This document shows, one piece after another, positions 53,462 through 64,000 of a DNA stretch of 64,000 bases (the first letter of the stretch is position 1; every line of letters starts with the position of its first letter). The translations under genes were made by a program, and so were the position numbers. Below the pieces are notes generated by a model. It was not told the DNA's origin, did no database searches, and saw only the letters and a list, made by a program, of their open reading frames with translations. Source of the stretch: Terriglobia bacterium (GTDB taxonomy: Bacteria; Acidobacteriota; Terriglobia; 20CM-2-55-15); the NCBI GenBank assembly GCA_965198225.1, contig CBDAOY010000008.1:640001-704000 (forward strand). Reading direction: 5' to 3'.

Positions 53462-54002
53462 ACCGGGGCCGGTGCCTACGGAAAAACTCCTCCGATTTCC
53501 CGCGCGGGATCGACAACGTCGCCCAATCGGCCGCTCCTCGATGTTTCGCGATGTAGATGATCTGACCTACATGGGATCCGTAGTGCCACATCTGGCGGCT
53601 GATTGCTTCGACGACGGAATGGGCTTCCCCGCGGATGTGGACCGTACGGGTGAGGTCTTCGGCTCCCAGGTTTTCCAGGGCCTCGAAGAGGCAGGACCAG
53701 CCGCGATTCCACCGCTCCCTGAGCGCGTCGGAACCTTCGGCTTCGACGACGAATTCCGTGTCCCGCTTCCGACTCTCCTTCTCACCGTCCGTCGTCAGGA
53801 AGTCCGTCCATCGCGACAGCATGTTGCCGCTCAGGTGCCGGATCAGTACGGCTACGCTGTTGGCTTCGGCATCGGGAGTCCAGTAGTAGTCGTCGCCTTC
53901 GAGTTGATCCATCGCCCTTTCGGCGAGTCTCTTCATCCGTCGGAAGTCCGCGACGCTCGCCCGAAGATAATCCTCTGCAAGATTCTTTCCGCCCTCGCTC
54001 AT
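53460..54002 (-). CDS. DinB-superfamily (DUF1572-like) protein
   Basis: NSVAVLIRHLSGNMLSRWTDFLTTDGEK, HYGSHVGQI. Confidence 0.9.
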   Translation of the reverse strand: MSEGGKNLAEDYLRASVADFRRMKRLAERAMDQLEGDDYYWTPDAEANSVAVLIRHLSGNMLSRWTDFLTTDGEKESRKRDTEFVVEAEGSDALRERWNRGWSCLFEALENLGAEDLTRTVHIRGEAHSVVEAISRQMWHYGSHVGQIIYIAKHRGAADWATLSIPRGKSEEFFRRHRPR

Positions 54003-54050
54003 CGTTCCTCCTCATTACTGCGATGATCGTCCTTAGGGTAATCGGAACGG

Positions 54051-55575
54051 TGAGGTGCTCCCCAAAATTCGGACAGGTCGCTAAGGTGTAAAATCGCTGC
54101 CTCGGGAGAGGCAGATGAAGAAGAGACAGAGGAAGCAGTACAGTGCCGATCTGAAGGCGAAGATCGCGGTGGAGGCGGTGAAGGGACAGCGAACGATCCA
54201 GGAGATCGCCTCCAACTACGGGGTCCACCCGAATATGGTGACAAAGTGGAAGAAGCAGTTGCTCGATGGCGCGTCGGAGATCTTCTCGAACGGGAAAACA
54301 CAATCGATGGAAGCCGATGAAGAAGTCCGGACCGAACTTTACCAAGAGATCGGGAAGTTGCACGTCGAGGTGGATTGGTTGAAAAAAAAGCCCGGACTTT
54401 CACGTTAGGACAACGACGGCCATGGATCGAATCAAGCCACAAGAAACTGAGCATCGCCGAGCAGTGCCGGTTGTCGGGAGTGTCCCGGTCGGGACTCTAC
54501 TACACGCCTGTTGGCGAGAGCACCGAGAACATGGAGTTGATGCGTCTGTTGGACGAGCAGTACACACGGACGCCGTTCTACGGCGTGCGGCGGATGACTC
54601 ACTGGCTGGAGAAGCAAGGTCACCGGGTCAATGCGAAACGAGTACGTCGACTCATACGGCAGATGGGACTGGAAGCGATCTATCCCAAACCGCGGTTGTC
54701 GACGCCGGCACCGGGACATCGGATCTATCCGTACCAGCTACGGGGGCTGAGGATCGATCGCCCAGACATGGTGTGGGCCACCGATATCACGTATATCCGT
54801 CTGCGGCAGGGGTTTATCTATCTGGTGGCGATCATGGACTGGTACAGCCGGTATGTGCTGGCCTGGGAAGTTTCAGTATCGATGGACAGCGCTTTCTGCG
54901 TGTCGGCATTGGACTGGGCCCTGAGGCATGCGCAACCGGAGATCTTCAACTCGGATCAGGGTTCTCAGTTCACCAGCGATGCGTTTACGAGCCGACTCGA
55001 AGGCGAGGGCATCCGGATCAGCATGGACGGCCGGGGCCGGTTCCTGGACAACATTTTCGTCGAACGTCTATGGCGAACGGTGAAGTACGAGGAAGTGTAC
55101 CTGAAGGACTACATGAGCGTTCCCGAGGCGGTCTCGAACCTGACTGTCTATTTCAGATTTTACAATCAGGAACGCGGTCATCAGGTATTCGACTACCAGA
55201 CACCCGAGGCGATGTACTTTCAAAGTGCGAGGAGCACGGCATCGGTCAAGAAAGCCGCCATACTCCAGGTTGCCCCAGACGGCGAACGCCGTTGACAAGC
55301 GATCCTGGCGCGATCTTTTCTCTGGAAATGTTTATCGGTGGCAAAAAGAAAGAAAAAAGAACCAAAAAAGAAAGAAAGCTGCAGCATGTGGAAACTGCCG
55401 CCGCTGATGGAAATCCTCAAAAAGGATTTCCACAACGGCTTGAAAACAGCCTCGGAGACTCGGCTTTTTCACAATTACCACAGGCTCGGCGACGGGTAAA
55501 ATATCAACCCATTTCAACGGCAGCGATCCACCTTAAGATCCGGGATTTTCTGTCCGAAGAATGGGGAGCCCCTCA
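54051..55575 (+). mobile_element. IS3-family element
   Basis: TG..CA ends, IR tgaggtgctccccaaaattcggacag / ctgtccgaagaatggggagcccctca, CGG duplication. Confidence 0.93.
54115..55295 (+). CDS. IS3 transposase OrfA (54115-54408)/OrfB (to 55295), -1 programmed frameshift
   Basis: A8G slippery site at ~54382-54390; WATDITY, NSDQGSQF, DNIFVERLWRTVKYE. Confidence 0.93.
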
Positions 55576-55699
55576 CGGCACCAAAGCGAAAATCGGGGAG
55601 ATGACCACCACCCACACTTTCCAAGAGCCCTCGCCAGCGGAAAGGCCGCGGTCACAGAAGGGTGCCCCAAGAATCCGAATAGATATACGAATATAAGTG

Positions 55700-55725
55700 T
55701 ATTAAATCATATTAAATCATATAAT
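55700..55725 (+). promoter_or_regulatory. Putative operator/promoter of the mod operon
   Basis: tattaaatca x2 abutting TATAAT, 6 nt before GTG. Confidence 0.55.
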
Positions 55726-55731
55726 TGCGGT

Positions 55732-56136
55732 GTGGAATTACTCAAACCGGTCGACGCTGCGCGCGAACTGGGAATCAGCTACCCGACACTCAAGCAATGG
55801 ATCTACCGAGGGAAAGTCGAGTCGATCAAGACGCTTGGGGGGCATCATCGCATTCCCCGCAGCGAGGTCGACCGTCTCGCGAATGAAGGGCGTTCCAGTC
55901 GTCCGCGTCGCGGGAGCTCTGCCAGGCTGCCGGCAATCAGCGGGCGCAACCGGTTGCGAGGCCGGGTGACCGACGTGCGGTTCGAGGGTCTCCTGGCGCA
56001 GGTTCAGATCGACATCGGCGACCACACAGTCACTTCGATCATCACGAAAGGCGCAGCCGAAGATCTCGGGTTGCGACCCGGCGTCGACGCCGCGGCCCTG
56101 ATCAAAGCGACCGAGGTGATGGTGATCCGGGAATAG
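55732..56136 (+). CDS. Molybdate-responsive regulator (excisionase-type HTH + TOBE)
   Basis: DAARELGISYPTLKQWI..KTLGGHHRI; ISGRNRLRG..LIKATEV. Confidence 0.88.
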   Translation: MELLKPVDAARELGISYPTLKQWIYRGKVESIKTLGGHHRIPRSEVDRLANEGRSSRPRRGSSARLPAISGRNRLRGRVTDVRFEGLLAQVQIDIGDHTVTSIITKGAAEDLGLRPGVDAAALIKATEVMVIRE

Positions 56137-56144
56137 GCGGCCGC

Positions 56145-56930
56145 ATGAGATTGAGATACCCGCTCTGGTTGGTGCTGGTTCTGGTTCTCGCCCAGCAGGC
56201 TTTCGCGCAAGAAGTCTTTGTTGCGGCCGCATCCAACCTGAACTACGTGGTCCGCGACATCATCGAAGAATTCGAAGCCGAGACATCGTACCGAGTGCGC
56301 CTGTCTCTGGGCTCATCGGGCAATTTTTTCACGCAGATCCAGAACGGCGCTCCTTTCGATGTGTTCCTTTCTGCCGACGTGGATTATCCGAAACAGCTCG
56401 AAGAGGTCGGGGTTGCCGAACCGGGCTCCTTCTTCGTCTACGCCCTTGGACGCCTCGTGGTTTGGACCCGGAACCCTTTGACGCTCGATCCGGAAGAACC
56501 CTGGTTGCGGGCGCTCCGAACAAGCTCCGGCCGGATCGCGATCGCAAATCCGCGGCACGCACCCTACGGGCGAGCCGCGACGGCGGCCCTGGAACGGGCC
56601 GGCGTGCGGGCCCAGATGGCCAATCGTATCGTGCTGGGCGAGAACGTGTCGCAGGCCGCGCAATTCGTCCAGTCCGGGGCAGCTGAACTCGGCATCATTC
56701 CTTTGTCCCTGGCCCTTTCATCGCCGATGCAGACGACGGGTAGGTACTGGGAATTGCCGCCTGACGCCTACCCGCCGATCGAGCAGGGCGCGGTTGTCCT
56801 CCGGCGTGCCCGAGAGGCGCGACGCCTCCCCGCAGCGGAAGCGTTTGCGACATGGATTCGAGTGGAGCGGGGGAGGACGATACTTGCGGAGTGGGGCTTC
56901 TCACTCCCCCCGCGCGAAGGCGCACCGTGA
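56145..56930 (+). CDS. modA: Molybdate ABC transporter binding protein
   Basis: AAASNL, GSSG, GAPFDVFLSAD, APYG, GENVSQ. Confidence 0.95.
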   Translation: MRLRYPLWLVLVLVLAQQAFAQEVFVAAASNLNYVVRDIIEEFEAETSYRVRLSLGSSGNFFTQIQNGAPFDVFLSADVDYPKQLEEVGVAEPGSFFVYALGRLVVWTRNPLTLDPEEPWLRALRTSSGRIAIANPRHAPYGRAATAALERAGVRAQMANRIVLGENVSQAAQFVQSGAAELGIIPLSLALSSPMQTTGRYWELPPDAYPPIEQGAVVLRRAREARRLPAAEAFATWIRVERGRTILAEWGFSLPPREGAP

Positions 56931-57598
56931 ACTGGACGGCCCTGTCGACGACATTCCAGCTAGCGGCGATCACGTCGGTGATACTGCTTGCGGTTGGGAT
57001 ACCGATCGCCTACTGGCTGACCTATTCGTCGTGGCGCTGGAAGTTCCTCGTCGAGGCAGTCGTCGCACTTCCGCTGGTTCTGCCGCCAACGGTACTCGGC
57101 TTCTATGTCCTCGTAGCGATGGGGCCGAGAAGCCCGCTCGGCCGGTGGTATGAAGCGCTCATCGGTCACCCACTTCCGTTTACTTTCGAAGGTCTCGTCC
57201 TCGCATCGACCCTCTACAGCTTCCCTTTTGCAGTGCAGCCGATGGTGGCGGCGTTTGCCAGGGTCGACCGAAAGTACCTGGAGGCCTCGTGGTTGCTGGG
57301 GGTGTCCCGTGTGGGGACGTTTTTTCGCGTCGTCGTACCGCAAAGTGTCGTCGGCCTCGTCACTGCTTTCGTCCTGAGTTTTGCCCACACACTGGGTGAG
57401 TTCGGCGTCGTGCTGATGGTCGGGGGCAACATTGAGGGCGTCACGCGAACGGTTTCGATCGACATTTACGACGAGGTCCAGGCGCTGAACTACGCCGGGG
57501 CCAACCAGACGGCGTTGGTCCTGTTGCTGTTTTCGTTTGTCGTGCTTGCGATCGTCTATGGGTTCAATCGGAGAGTATGGTTGGCATGGCCGCACTAG
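56927..57598 (+). CDS. modB: Molybdate ABC transporter permease
   Basis: LPLVLPPTVLGFY, FAHTLGEFG. Confidence 0.95.
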   Translation: MNWTALSTTFQLAAITSVILLAVGIPIAYWLTYSSWRWKFLVEAVVALPLVLPPTVLGFYVLVAMGPRSPLGRWYEALIGHPLPFTFEGLVLASTLYSFPFAVQPMVAAFARVDRKYLEASWLLGVSRVGTFFRVVVPQSVVGLVTAFVLSFAHTLGEFGVVLMVGGNIEGVTRTVSIDIYDEVQALNYAGANQTALVLLLFSFVVLAIVYGFNRRVWLAWPH

Positions 57599-58734
57599 CG
57601 CCCGTACGCGGAGTCGCCCTATCGGTCGACATCGAGAAACGGTACCCCGGTGGTGAAAAGATCCGTGCATCGTTCACGGTCCCGGGCGATCCGCCCCGCG
57701 TGTCAATCCTGTTCGGTCCCTCCGGAGCCGGGAAAACGACCATCTTGCGGTGCCTGGCAGGGTTGGAGCCGATAACCCGGGGTCGCATTCGTCACGGCGA
57801 CGAAACGTGGGCCGACCCGGAGACGGGTGTCTTGCTTCCTCCCCAGAAACGATCCGTCGGGTACCTGTTCCAGGACTATGCCCTCTTTCCGCACCTCGAC
57901 GTGGGTCGAAACATCGGATACGGTCTCGGGGGGCTGGGGCGCGCCGAACGGGCGGCCCGGGTCGAAGCGGCCTGTTCGATGCTCAGTCTCGACGACCTGG
58001 TTGACCGGAAGCCCGATCAGCTGTCGGGCGGACAGCAACAGAGGGTCGCGCTGGCTCGCGTCCTGGTTCGGCAGCCCGACTTGCTCCTGCTGGACGAGCC
58101 CTTTTCTTCTCTCGATGCGGCGACGCGCGAGGAAGTGCGGTCCGAGCTGGCTCAACTACTCCGGCGGCTCTCGATTCCGGCTCTTGTGGTCACGCATGAT
58201 TGGGTGGACGCGCTAACGCTCGGTGACGAGATGATCGTGCTCGGCGAGGGGCGGATTCTGCAGGTCGGTTCGCCGCGTGAAGTCCTTACGAAGCCCCGTC
58301 ACCGGGAGGTTGCCGCAGCTGTCGGAGTGGAGACAGTCGCCCTCGGCCAAGTTCTCGAGAGGGGAGCCGGAGTTGTGACTCTCGAGGTCGGCGCCAGCCG
58401 CCTCGTCGCGGTGGATCCTGGTGGGGAGGAGCGGGCTTTCTATGTCTGCATCCGGGGTGAGGACGTGACGCTCGAGCGCGGACGATCGTCCCAGAGCAGC
58501 GCGCGCAATCATCTCGCCGGTCGAGTTACCGAGGTCGTCCCGACCGGCGTCCTCACCAAAGTCTTCCTCGATGTCGGGTTCGAGCTCGTTGCGCTCGTCA
58601 CGCGCCAGGCGGCCGATGACCTCCAGCTATCGCGCGGAATCGAAGTCTGGGCTGCCTTCAAGGCTTCGAACGTTCACTTGATTGGCCGTCAACAGTCGGC
58701 TCTCAGCTCAGAAAGCCGGCAACCAACAGGCTGA
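57586..58734 (+). CDS. modC: Molybdate ABC transporter ATPase
   Basis: GPSGAGKT, LSGGQ, LLDEP, C-terminal TOBE (SARN). Confidence 0.93.
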   Translation: MAALAPVRGVALSVDIEKRYPGGEKIRASFTVPGDPPRVSILFGPSGAGKTTILRCLAGLEPITRGRIRHGDETWADPETGVLLPPQKRSVGYLFQDYALFPHLDVGRNIGYGLGGLGRAERAARVEAACSMLSLDDLVDRKPDQLSGGQQQRVALARVLVRQPDLLLLDEPFSSLDAATREEVRSELAQLLRRLSIPALVVTHDWVDALTLGDEMIVLGEGRILQVGSPREVLTKPRHREVAAAVGVETVALGQVLERGAGVVTLEVGASRLVAVDPGGEERAFYVCIRGEDVTLERGRSSQSSARNHLAGRVTEVVPTGVLTKVFLDVGFELVALVTRQAADDLQLSRGIEVWAAFKASNVHLIGRQQSALSSESRQPTG

Positions 58735-58919
58735 ACGCCGACCCGGGAGGCCGGGGGGCCGAATCGTTGCATCGGAACCGCCTTCATGACAGACTGACTT
58801 CGAACGTCGCAAGAGGCGATCTGGGGTGTGGGGGTTTTGCCTTCCTTGCAGTTGAATCGGGGTCCAGGGACGGTCCCAGGTTCCGATCCTCTCAGCACAC
58901 GTTCTTCTGAATCGAGAAG

Positions 58920-61615
58920 ATGAGCATCACGAAGAAGATCGGGACGCTCCTGTCCCTGATGACCCTTGCCGCGCTGGTTGGTCTATTCAGCATCAGTCTG
59001 TTTCTCTTCCGATCGGCCAATGACGCCGTCCTGCTCGTTTCCAGCATGATGGAGATGAACCTGGCCGGTCGCGTCCACCTCGAGACGGCCCGAGTGGCAC
59101 TCGGCCGTGAGGGAGCTCGCCCGCAACTGGAACAATTGGTGGCGGCCTTCGATCTGTTCACGTCCGTCGAACCCGATGTCGGAGCCGAAGGCGAAGGTGC
59201 GCCTTCAATCGACGCGATCATCGACGCGCTGCTCGTGCTTCCGGCACAAGATACGGCGCGAATTCAGGACGCGGCCCGGATGATCGGCACCGGCCTGGCG
59301 GGGCTGCCGGACGAACTTCGAGACGAGTTCGAGGACGTGCGTTCGGAGTGGAGCCGCGTCCGGCCTTTCATCTTCATCATCAAGGACAAACAGAGCGCCC
59401 CACCCGAGTTGGAAGCCGCCGCGTTCGAGGTGGAGGCTCGAATCGAAGGTCTTGTCGGGTCGGTGGCACGCCTCCAGAGCGCTCTCGGGTCACGGCTGCG
59501 GGCTCATCGGTCACGCCTGTCCGGGGCGATAGGTGGAGTGGTAGCCGCATCCCTGATGCTCCTCGGCGTGGGCCTGTGGTCCACGCGCCGCTACATCGCC
59601 CGTCCGGCACGGTTGCTCGAGGAGGCCTCCCGAAGAGTCAGCACGGGCGATTTCTCCCACCGGGTGCCTCTGGCCAGTCGGGACGAGTTGGCCAGCTTGT
59701 CGGGTGCGTTCAACACGATGTCGGAACGGCTCGAGGACCTGGTTCATTCCCTCGAGACCGAGCGTCACTACAACGCCCAGATCGTCGAGTCGATCCCATC
59801 GGCTTTGTTCGTGCTGGGTGAGGATTCTCGCGTCCAGTCCGTCAATCGTGCGGCGATTGAACGGTTCGATCTTTCAGAGGAGACGGTCGTCGGTCGGAGG
59901 CTGGAGGATCTCCTTCCAGTCCCCGGGCTCAGCGGAGAGATCGAACAGGTTCGGAGCAGCGGTCGTTCGCTCGAAGGGCGCCTGCTCGAGCTGCCAGGAT
60001 CGGAGGGAGCCCGGCCGCTGAGGGTGTCGATCCGACCCCTCGAAGAAGACGGCAGTCGCCTACTGGTAGTCGTCGAAGACTTGACCGAGTTGGACCAGTT
60101 GAAGTCCGCCGCCGAGCGTAATGAGCGCCGGTACCGGCAGTTATTCGACAACGCCAATGACCTGGTCTGCACGGCCGACCTGACGGGCCGGTTTACCTCG
60201 GTCAACAGCGCTGCGGAGAGAATCTCGGGCTTCGCCCGGAAAGAGGCGCTCAACATGCGCCTGCACGATCTCGTCGCACCCGAATACCTGGATGTGCTCG
60301 ATCGCATGATGACGTTGAAGCTGGACGGGAAACCTCAGACCGTCTACGAGATCGAGATAATTTCCAAGGACGGTCAACGAGTTCCGCTCGAGCTGAGCAC
60401 GCGGCTCACGTTTGAAAACGGAAAGCCCATCGGGGTCGAGGGTATCGCCCGCGATGCATCGGAGCGCCGCCGCCTGGAGGAACAGCTCTGGCTGGCCCAG
60501 AAGATGGATGCGGTCGGACGCCTGGCCGGCGGGATCGCCCACGATTTCGGCAATGTCCTGACAATCGTGACCGGCTACTGTGCGCTTCTTCTCGACACCC
60601 TGGCCCCAGGCGATCCAGTTCGTGAGCAAGTCGAAGGCATCAAGAAAGCGACCGACCGGGGAGCCTCGCTGACGAATCAATTGCTCAGCTTCAGCCCCAG
60701 TTCGTCCAGCGAAAGCTGATGCCGCTCAACGCCGCCGTGAGCGAGCAGGCGGACCTGCTCTGGCGAGTGCTGGGTGACCAAATCGAACTGGCTACGATCC
60801 TGAGCCCGAAGGTCGGGCTGGTCCAGACCGACCCGGGACAGCTGGGGCAGGTGGTGATGAACCTTGCCCTGAATGCCCGCGACGCGATGCCGGAAGGCGG
60901 CCAACTGGCCCTCGCCACTGGCCATGTATCCGTCGACGAAAGCTCCAGCGCGCAGCACGGAGGCCTGGACCCCGGGCGTTATTTCACCCTCGAAGTACGG
61001 GACACCGGAAAGGGGATGGGCCCGGAAGTCCTCCGCCAGATCTTCGAGCCCTTCTATTCGACCAAGAGCAGCGGAACCGGTCTGGGCCTGTCGACTGTCT
61101 ACGGCATCGTCAAGCAGAGTGGGGGAACGGTTATCGTCGACAGCGAACTCGACCCGGGGACGCGGGTTCGAGTGTACCTGCCCCACGCCGGCGAAATGGA
61201 CGTCACCGAGTCGATCCCAGCCAGGCCGGAGGAACTCCGGCGTCCGGAATCGGCGACGGTCCTGCTGGTCGACGACGAAGATGCCGTCCGTCGGCTGGTG
61301 GCCCGGATGATTCGCAGCTTGGGTTACGAGGTGATCGAGGCCCGGGACCAGGCCGAAGCGATCGGAATCTCAGGGGAACACGAGGGTTCCATCGACATGC
61401 TGCTGACCGACGTGGTGATGCCGGAAATGAGCGGCCCTGAGCTTGCCGAGCAGGTCCGATCGATTCGGCCCGACATCAAAGTCGTTTTCATGTCGGGATA
61501 CACGGGCGGCGCGCTTAACTACCACGTGGGGAACAGGGGAGAGATTCATTTCCTCCAGAAGCCGTTCTCGTCGGAATCGATGGCATCCAAAATCCGTGAG
61601 GTCCTCGAAGGCTGA
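58920..61615 (+). pseudogene. Hybrid sensor kinase (HAMP-PAS-PAS-HisKA-HATPase-REC), frameshifted at ~60695
   Basis: LAGGIAHDFGN in ORF1; NLALNARDAM, GTGLGL, LLVDD, LTDVVMP in ORF2; either a real lesion or a sequence error. Confidence 0.85.
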
Positions 61616-61616
61616 G

Positions 61617-62030
61617 TCAAGCGTTCCGGGGGGCCGCGTCCAGCACCTGCCGCAGGCCCTCTTTATTGATGTCCCAGTAGAGCCTGTCGAGCGCCTCGGC
61701 CTCCTGCATCCAGGCGTACTCCACGTGTTCCGCAGAAAGGCGAATCGGAAGTTCTCCGGCGAGCTCCATTCCGATCACCCGTTCGACGACATCCTGTCCA
61801 TTCTTCCTGAACCGGAACTCGAGGTCCGTCTCAATGACGCGGACGACCCCGTCGATGCCGGTCTCTTCCATTAGTTCTCGGCGGGCGCCTTCGGCAAAAC
61901 CGGGATCCGTGGGCTCCAGCTTGCCGGTGACCGGCTGCCAGACGTGACCGCGCTCCGGACCCCGCCGCAGCAGCAGTACCGCCACCTCCGGCGCTCGGGT
62001 GTAAACAATGACCTGGACTTTGCGTATCAT
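61617..62030 (-). CDS. NUDIX hydrolase (NudB-like)
   Basis: WQPVTG..ARRELMEETGI, LSAEH. Confidence 0.88.
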   Translation of the reverse strand: MIRKVQVIVYTRAPEVAVLLLRRGPERGHVWQPVTGKLEPTDPGFAEGARRELMEETGIDGVVRVIETDLEFRFRKNGQDVVERVIGMELAGELPIRLSAEHVEYAWMQEAEALDRLYWDINKEGLRQVLDAAPRNA

Positions 62031-62100
62031 CTTCAAAGGGCGCCGCAGCATTTTACATCGACCGATTTTTCAAACAGCTGCAATGGGGGTGTCGAAAGCC

Positions 62101-62523
62101 GTGATTGAGGTGAACGAACGCGTTTCGATCCCGGAGGGTGAGATCGAATTCCGCGTGTCTTCAAGCAGCGGTCCCGGCGGCCAGAACGTCAACCGGGTTC
62201 GGACACGTGTGACGCTCCTGTTCGATGTGAGCGGCTCGGCGAGCCTGACCGACGCCGACCGTCAGCGGATCCTCGTCCGGCTGAAGACCCGAATCAACAA
62301 GGATGGCGTGCTGCAGGTCAGCTCTCAGAAGCACCGGACACAGGATCAGAACCGGACTGCGGCCGAGCAGCGGCTCGGCGAGTTGCTGCGCGAGGCCCTG
62401 GCCAGAAGGCGGTCTCGTCGCCCGACGACGGTCCCGTCCGCGTCGAAGCGGCGGCGGATGGAGGAGAAGAAGCGGCGGTCGCGCTTGAAACATGTGCGCT
62501 CGGCACCGGTTGAGGATGAATGA
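62101..62523 (+). CDS. arfB: Ribosome rescue peptidyl-tRNA hydrolase ArfB
   Basis: SSGPGGQNVN, basic C-terminal tail. Confidence 0.93.
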   Translation: MIEVNERVSIPEGEIEFRVSSSSGPGGQNVNRVRTRVTLLFDVSGSASLTDADRQRILVRLKTRINKDGVLQVSSQKHRTQDQNRTAAEQRLGELLREALARRRSRRPTTVPSASKRRRMEEKKRRSRLKHVRSAPVEDE

Positions 62524-63157
62524 AGGCGACGTGAAACCGACCAGTGAAACCACCCGATTGCGGGCGCTTCTCTCATCGGCTGCCCGGGCGATCGAGTCGC
62601 GGCCCGGCGACTACCTCGTCGTCGGGATCGGCGGGGGGTCCTGCTCGGGCAAAAGCACTGTGGCGACGGCGCTGATCGAGCATCTCGAGGAAGGTGCGGT
62701 CCTCTTGATGGACGACTACTACCGATCTCGAGCCTTGAGCGCCGAGCGATTCGACTTCAATTTCGACGAACCCGGCGCTCTGGACCTGGATCTTCTCTGC
62801 TCACACCTGGAGGCCATCGGTGGTGGGGGGACGGTTCGCAAGCCCACCTATGACTTCAAGACGCATCGTCGGAAGGAATTCGAAATGTTCCAACCCTCCA
62901 GGGTGACCATCCTGGAGGGGCTGTTTGCTTTGCACGAGAACGTATGCGAACACCTGGACTTTGGGATTTTTGTCGATTGCTCCGATGGGGAACGGCTGAG
63001 ACGCCGGATCGTACGAGATTCGCGGGAACGGGGCCGGTCGCGAGCGAGTATAGTGCACCAGTACGACATGACCGTCCGGCCGATGCATGAGCTCCACGTG
63101 GAGGTCTCGCGGACGAGGGCGCACCTGATCGTCCTGAACGAGCATGCCCGAGACTAA
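62516..63157 (+). CDS. udk: Uridine kinase
   Basis: GIGGGSCSGKST, DDYY, NFDEP, ILEG, RRIVRD..ERGR. Confidence 0.88.
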   Translation: MNEGDVKPTSETTRLRALLSSAARAIESRPGDYLVVGIGGGSCSGKSTVATALIEHLEEGAVLLMDDYYRSRALSAERFDFNFDEPGALDLDLLCSHLEAIGGGGTVRKPTYDFKTHRRKEFEMFQPSRVTILEGLFALHENVCEHLDFGIFVDCSDGERLRRRIVRDSRERGRSRASIVHQYDMTVRPMHELHVEVSRTRAHLIVLNEHARD

Positions 63158-63174
63158 ACTCAATGGGAGGGTCC

Positions 63175-63933
63175 ATGGTCGAAGTAGAAACTCGTGAAGA
63201 CATCGCTCTGCTCCGTCTGGCTCACGGCAAGGTCAGCGCGTTCGACCTGGAGCTGCTCGAGCGGATAGCGGAGGAACTCGACAATATCGAGGCATCCACC
63301 TCCCGGGCCGTCGTCATCACGGGCACCGGCGGGACCTTTTCGGCCGGTGTCGACCTGTTTCGTGTCCTCGACGGTGGCGAACCCTACCTGAAGCAGTTCC
63401 TTCCGGCTCTGACCCGGGCTTTAGTCAAGCTGTATACGTTTCCCAGGCCGGTAGTCGCGGCTATCAACGGCCACGCCATCGCGGGGGGCTGCGTGCTGGC
63501 CTGCGCCTGCGACTATCGTGTGATGTCGATCGGGCGGGGGACGATTGGAGTCCCGGAACTGGTCGTTGGCGTCCCGTTTCCCCTGATTGCGCTGGAGATT
63601 CTCCGCGACGTCCTGCCCGACCGCCACCTGCAGGAAGTGATCTACACGGGGAATATCTATCCGGTCGAAAAGTCTCGCGAGCGAGGCCTTGTCGATGAGC
63701 TCGTCGACCCGACGAAGCTGATCGATCACGCATCCGAGCTCGCGAAGCGCTTCGCCGACATCCCGGCTGAATCCTTCCGCCTGACGAAGCGGCAGCTCCG
63801 CCGCCACGCGATGGAACGTTGGGAAAGAGAAGGCGAGCGGGTCGACCGGGAAGTTCTGGCAGCCTGGGCCAGCCCGGCGGTTCAGGACGTGATTCGGGCT
63901 TACCTGGAGAGGACGCTCGGACGGAGCAAGTAG
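63175..63933 (+). CDS. Enoyl-CoA hydratase/isomerase family protein
   Basis: FSAGVDL, AAINGHAIAGG, GVPE. Confidence 0.92.
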   Translation: MVEVETREDIALLRLAHGKVSAFDLELLERIAEELDNIEASTSRAVVITGTGGTFSAGVDLFRVLDGGEPYLKQFLPALTRALVKLYTFPRPVVAAINGHAIAGGCVLACACDYRVMSIGRGTIGVPELVVGVPFPLIALEILRDVLPDRHLQEVIYTGNIYPVEKSRERGLVDELVDPTKLIDHASELAKRFADIPAESFRLTKRQLRRHAMERWEREGERVDREVLAAWASPAVQDVIRAYLERTLGRSK

Positions 63934-64000
63934 CGTCATCGCCGGGGTAAAAGAGCGACAACTAATCCATGGAAGCCCTCATAAAGGCCTGGAGCGGCGA

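Overview
GC-rich bacterial chromosome segment. The gene content is compatible with an Acidobacteria-like organism, but taxonomy cannot be proven from this window. The left half (about 1-33.2 kb) is an accessory region built around a tRNA-Lys(UUU) integration hotspot. Its main component is a ~28.8-kb integrative conjugative element (4382-33248). It encodes a tyrosine integrase, an excisionase-like protein, a Replic_Relax/MOB_C-like relaxase, two ArdC proteins, a deletion-riddled T4SS, a broken type III RM system, two PIN toxin-antitoxin pairs, an MtfA-like peptidase and many nested IS elements. Unusually, the element duplicated the 5' half of the tRNA rather than the 3' end. The intact tRNA now sits behind the integrase with an element-borne promoter-like sequence, while the native promoter faces a 39-nt tRNA half and the element. 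A decayed 3' tRNA fragment at ~1972 suggests further tandem islands on the other side. The right half (33.3-64 kb) is mostly housekeeping: purA, trxA, a FabF/methyltransferase/flavoenzyme/glycosyltransferase cluster, panBC, mqnD, nrdJ with NrdR boxes, an iodotyrosine-deiodinase-like enzyme, lysC, modABC, a hybrid kinase, arfB and udk. It also holds an IS3 and a four-helix-bundle gene enclosed by a ~100-bp inverted repeat, resembling an rRNA intervening sequence. All calls come from motif recognition by eye; no searches were run.
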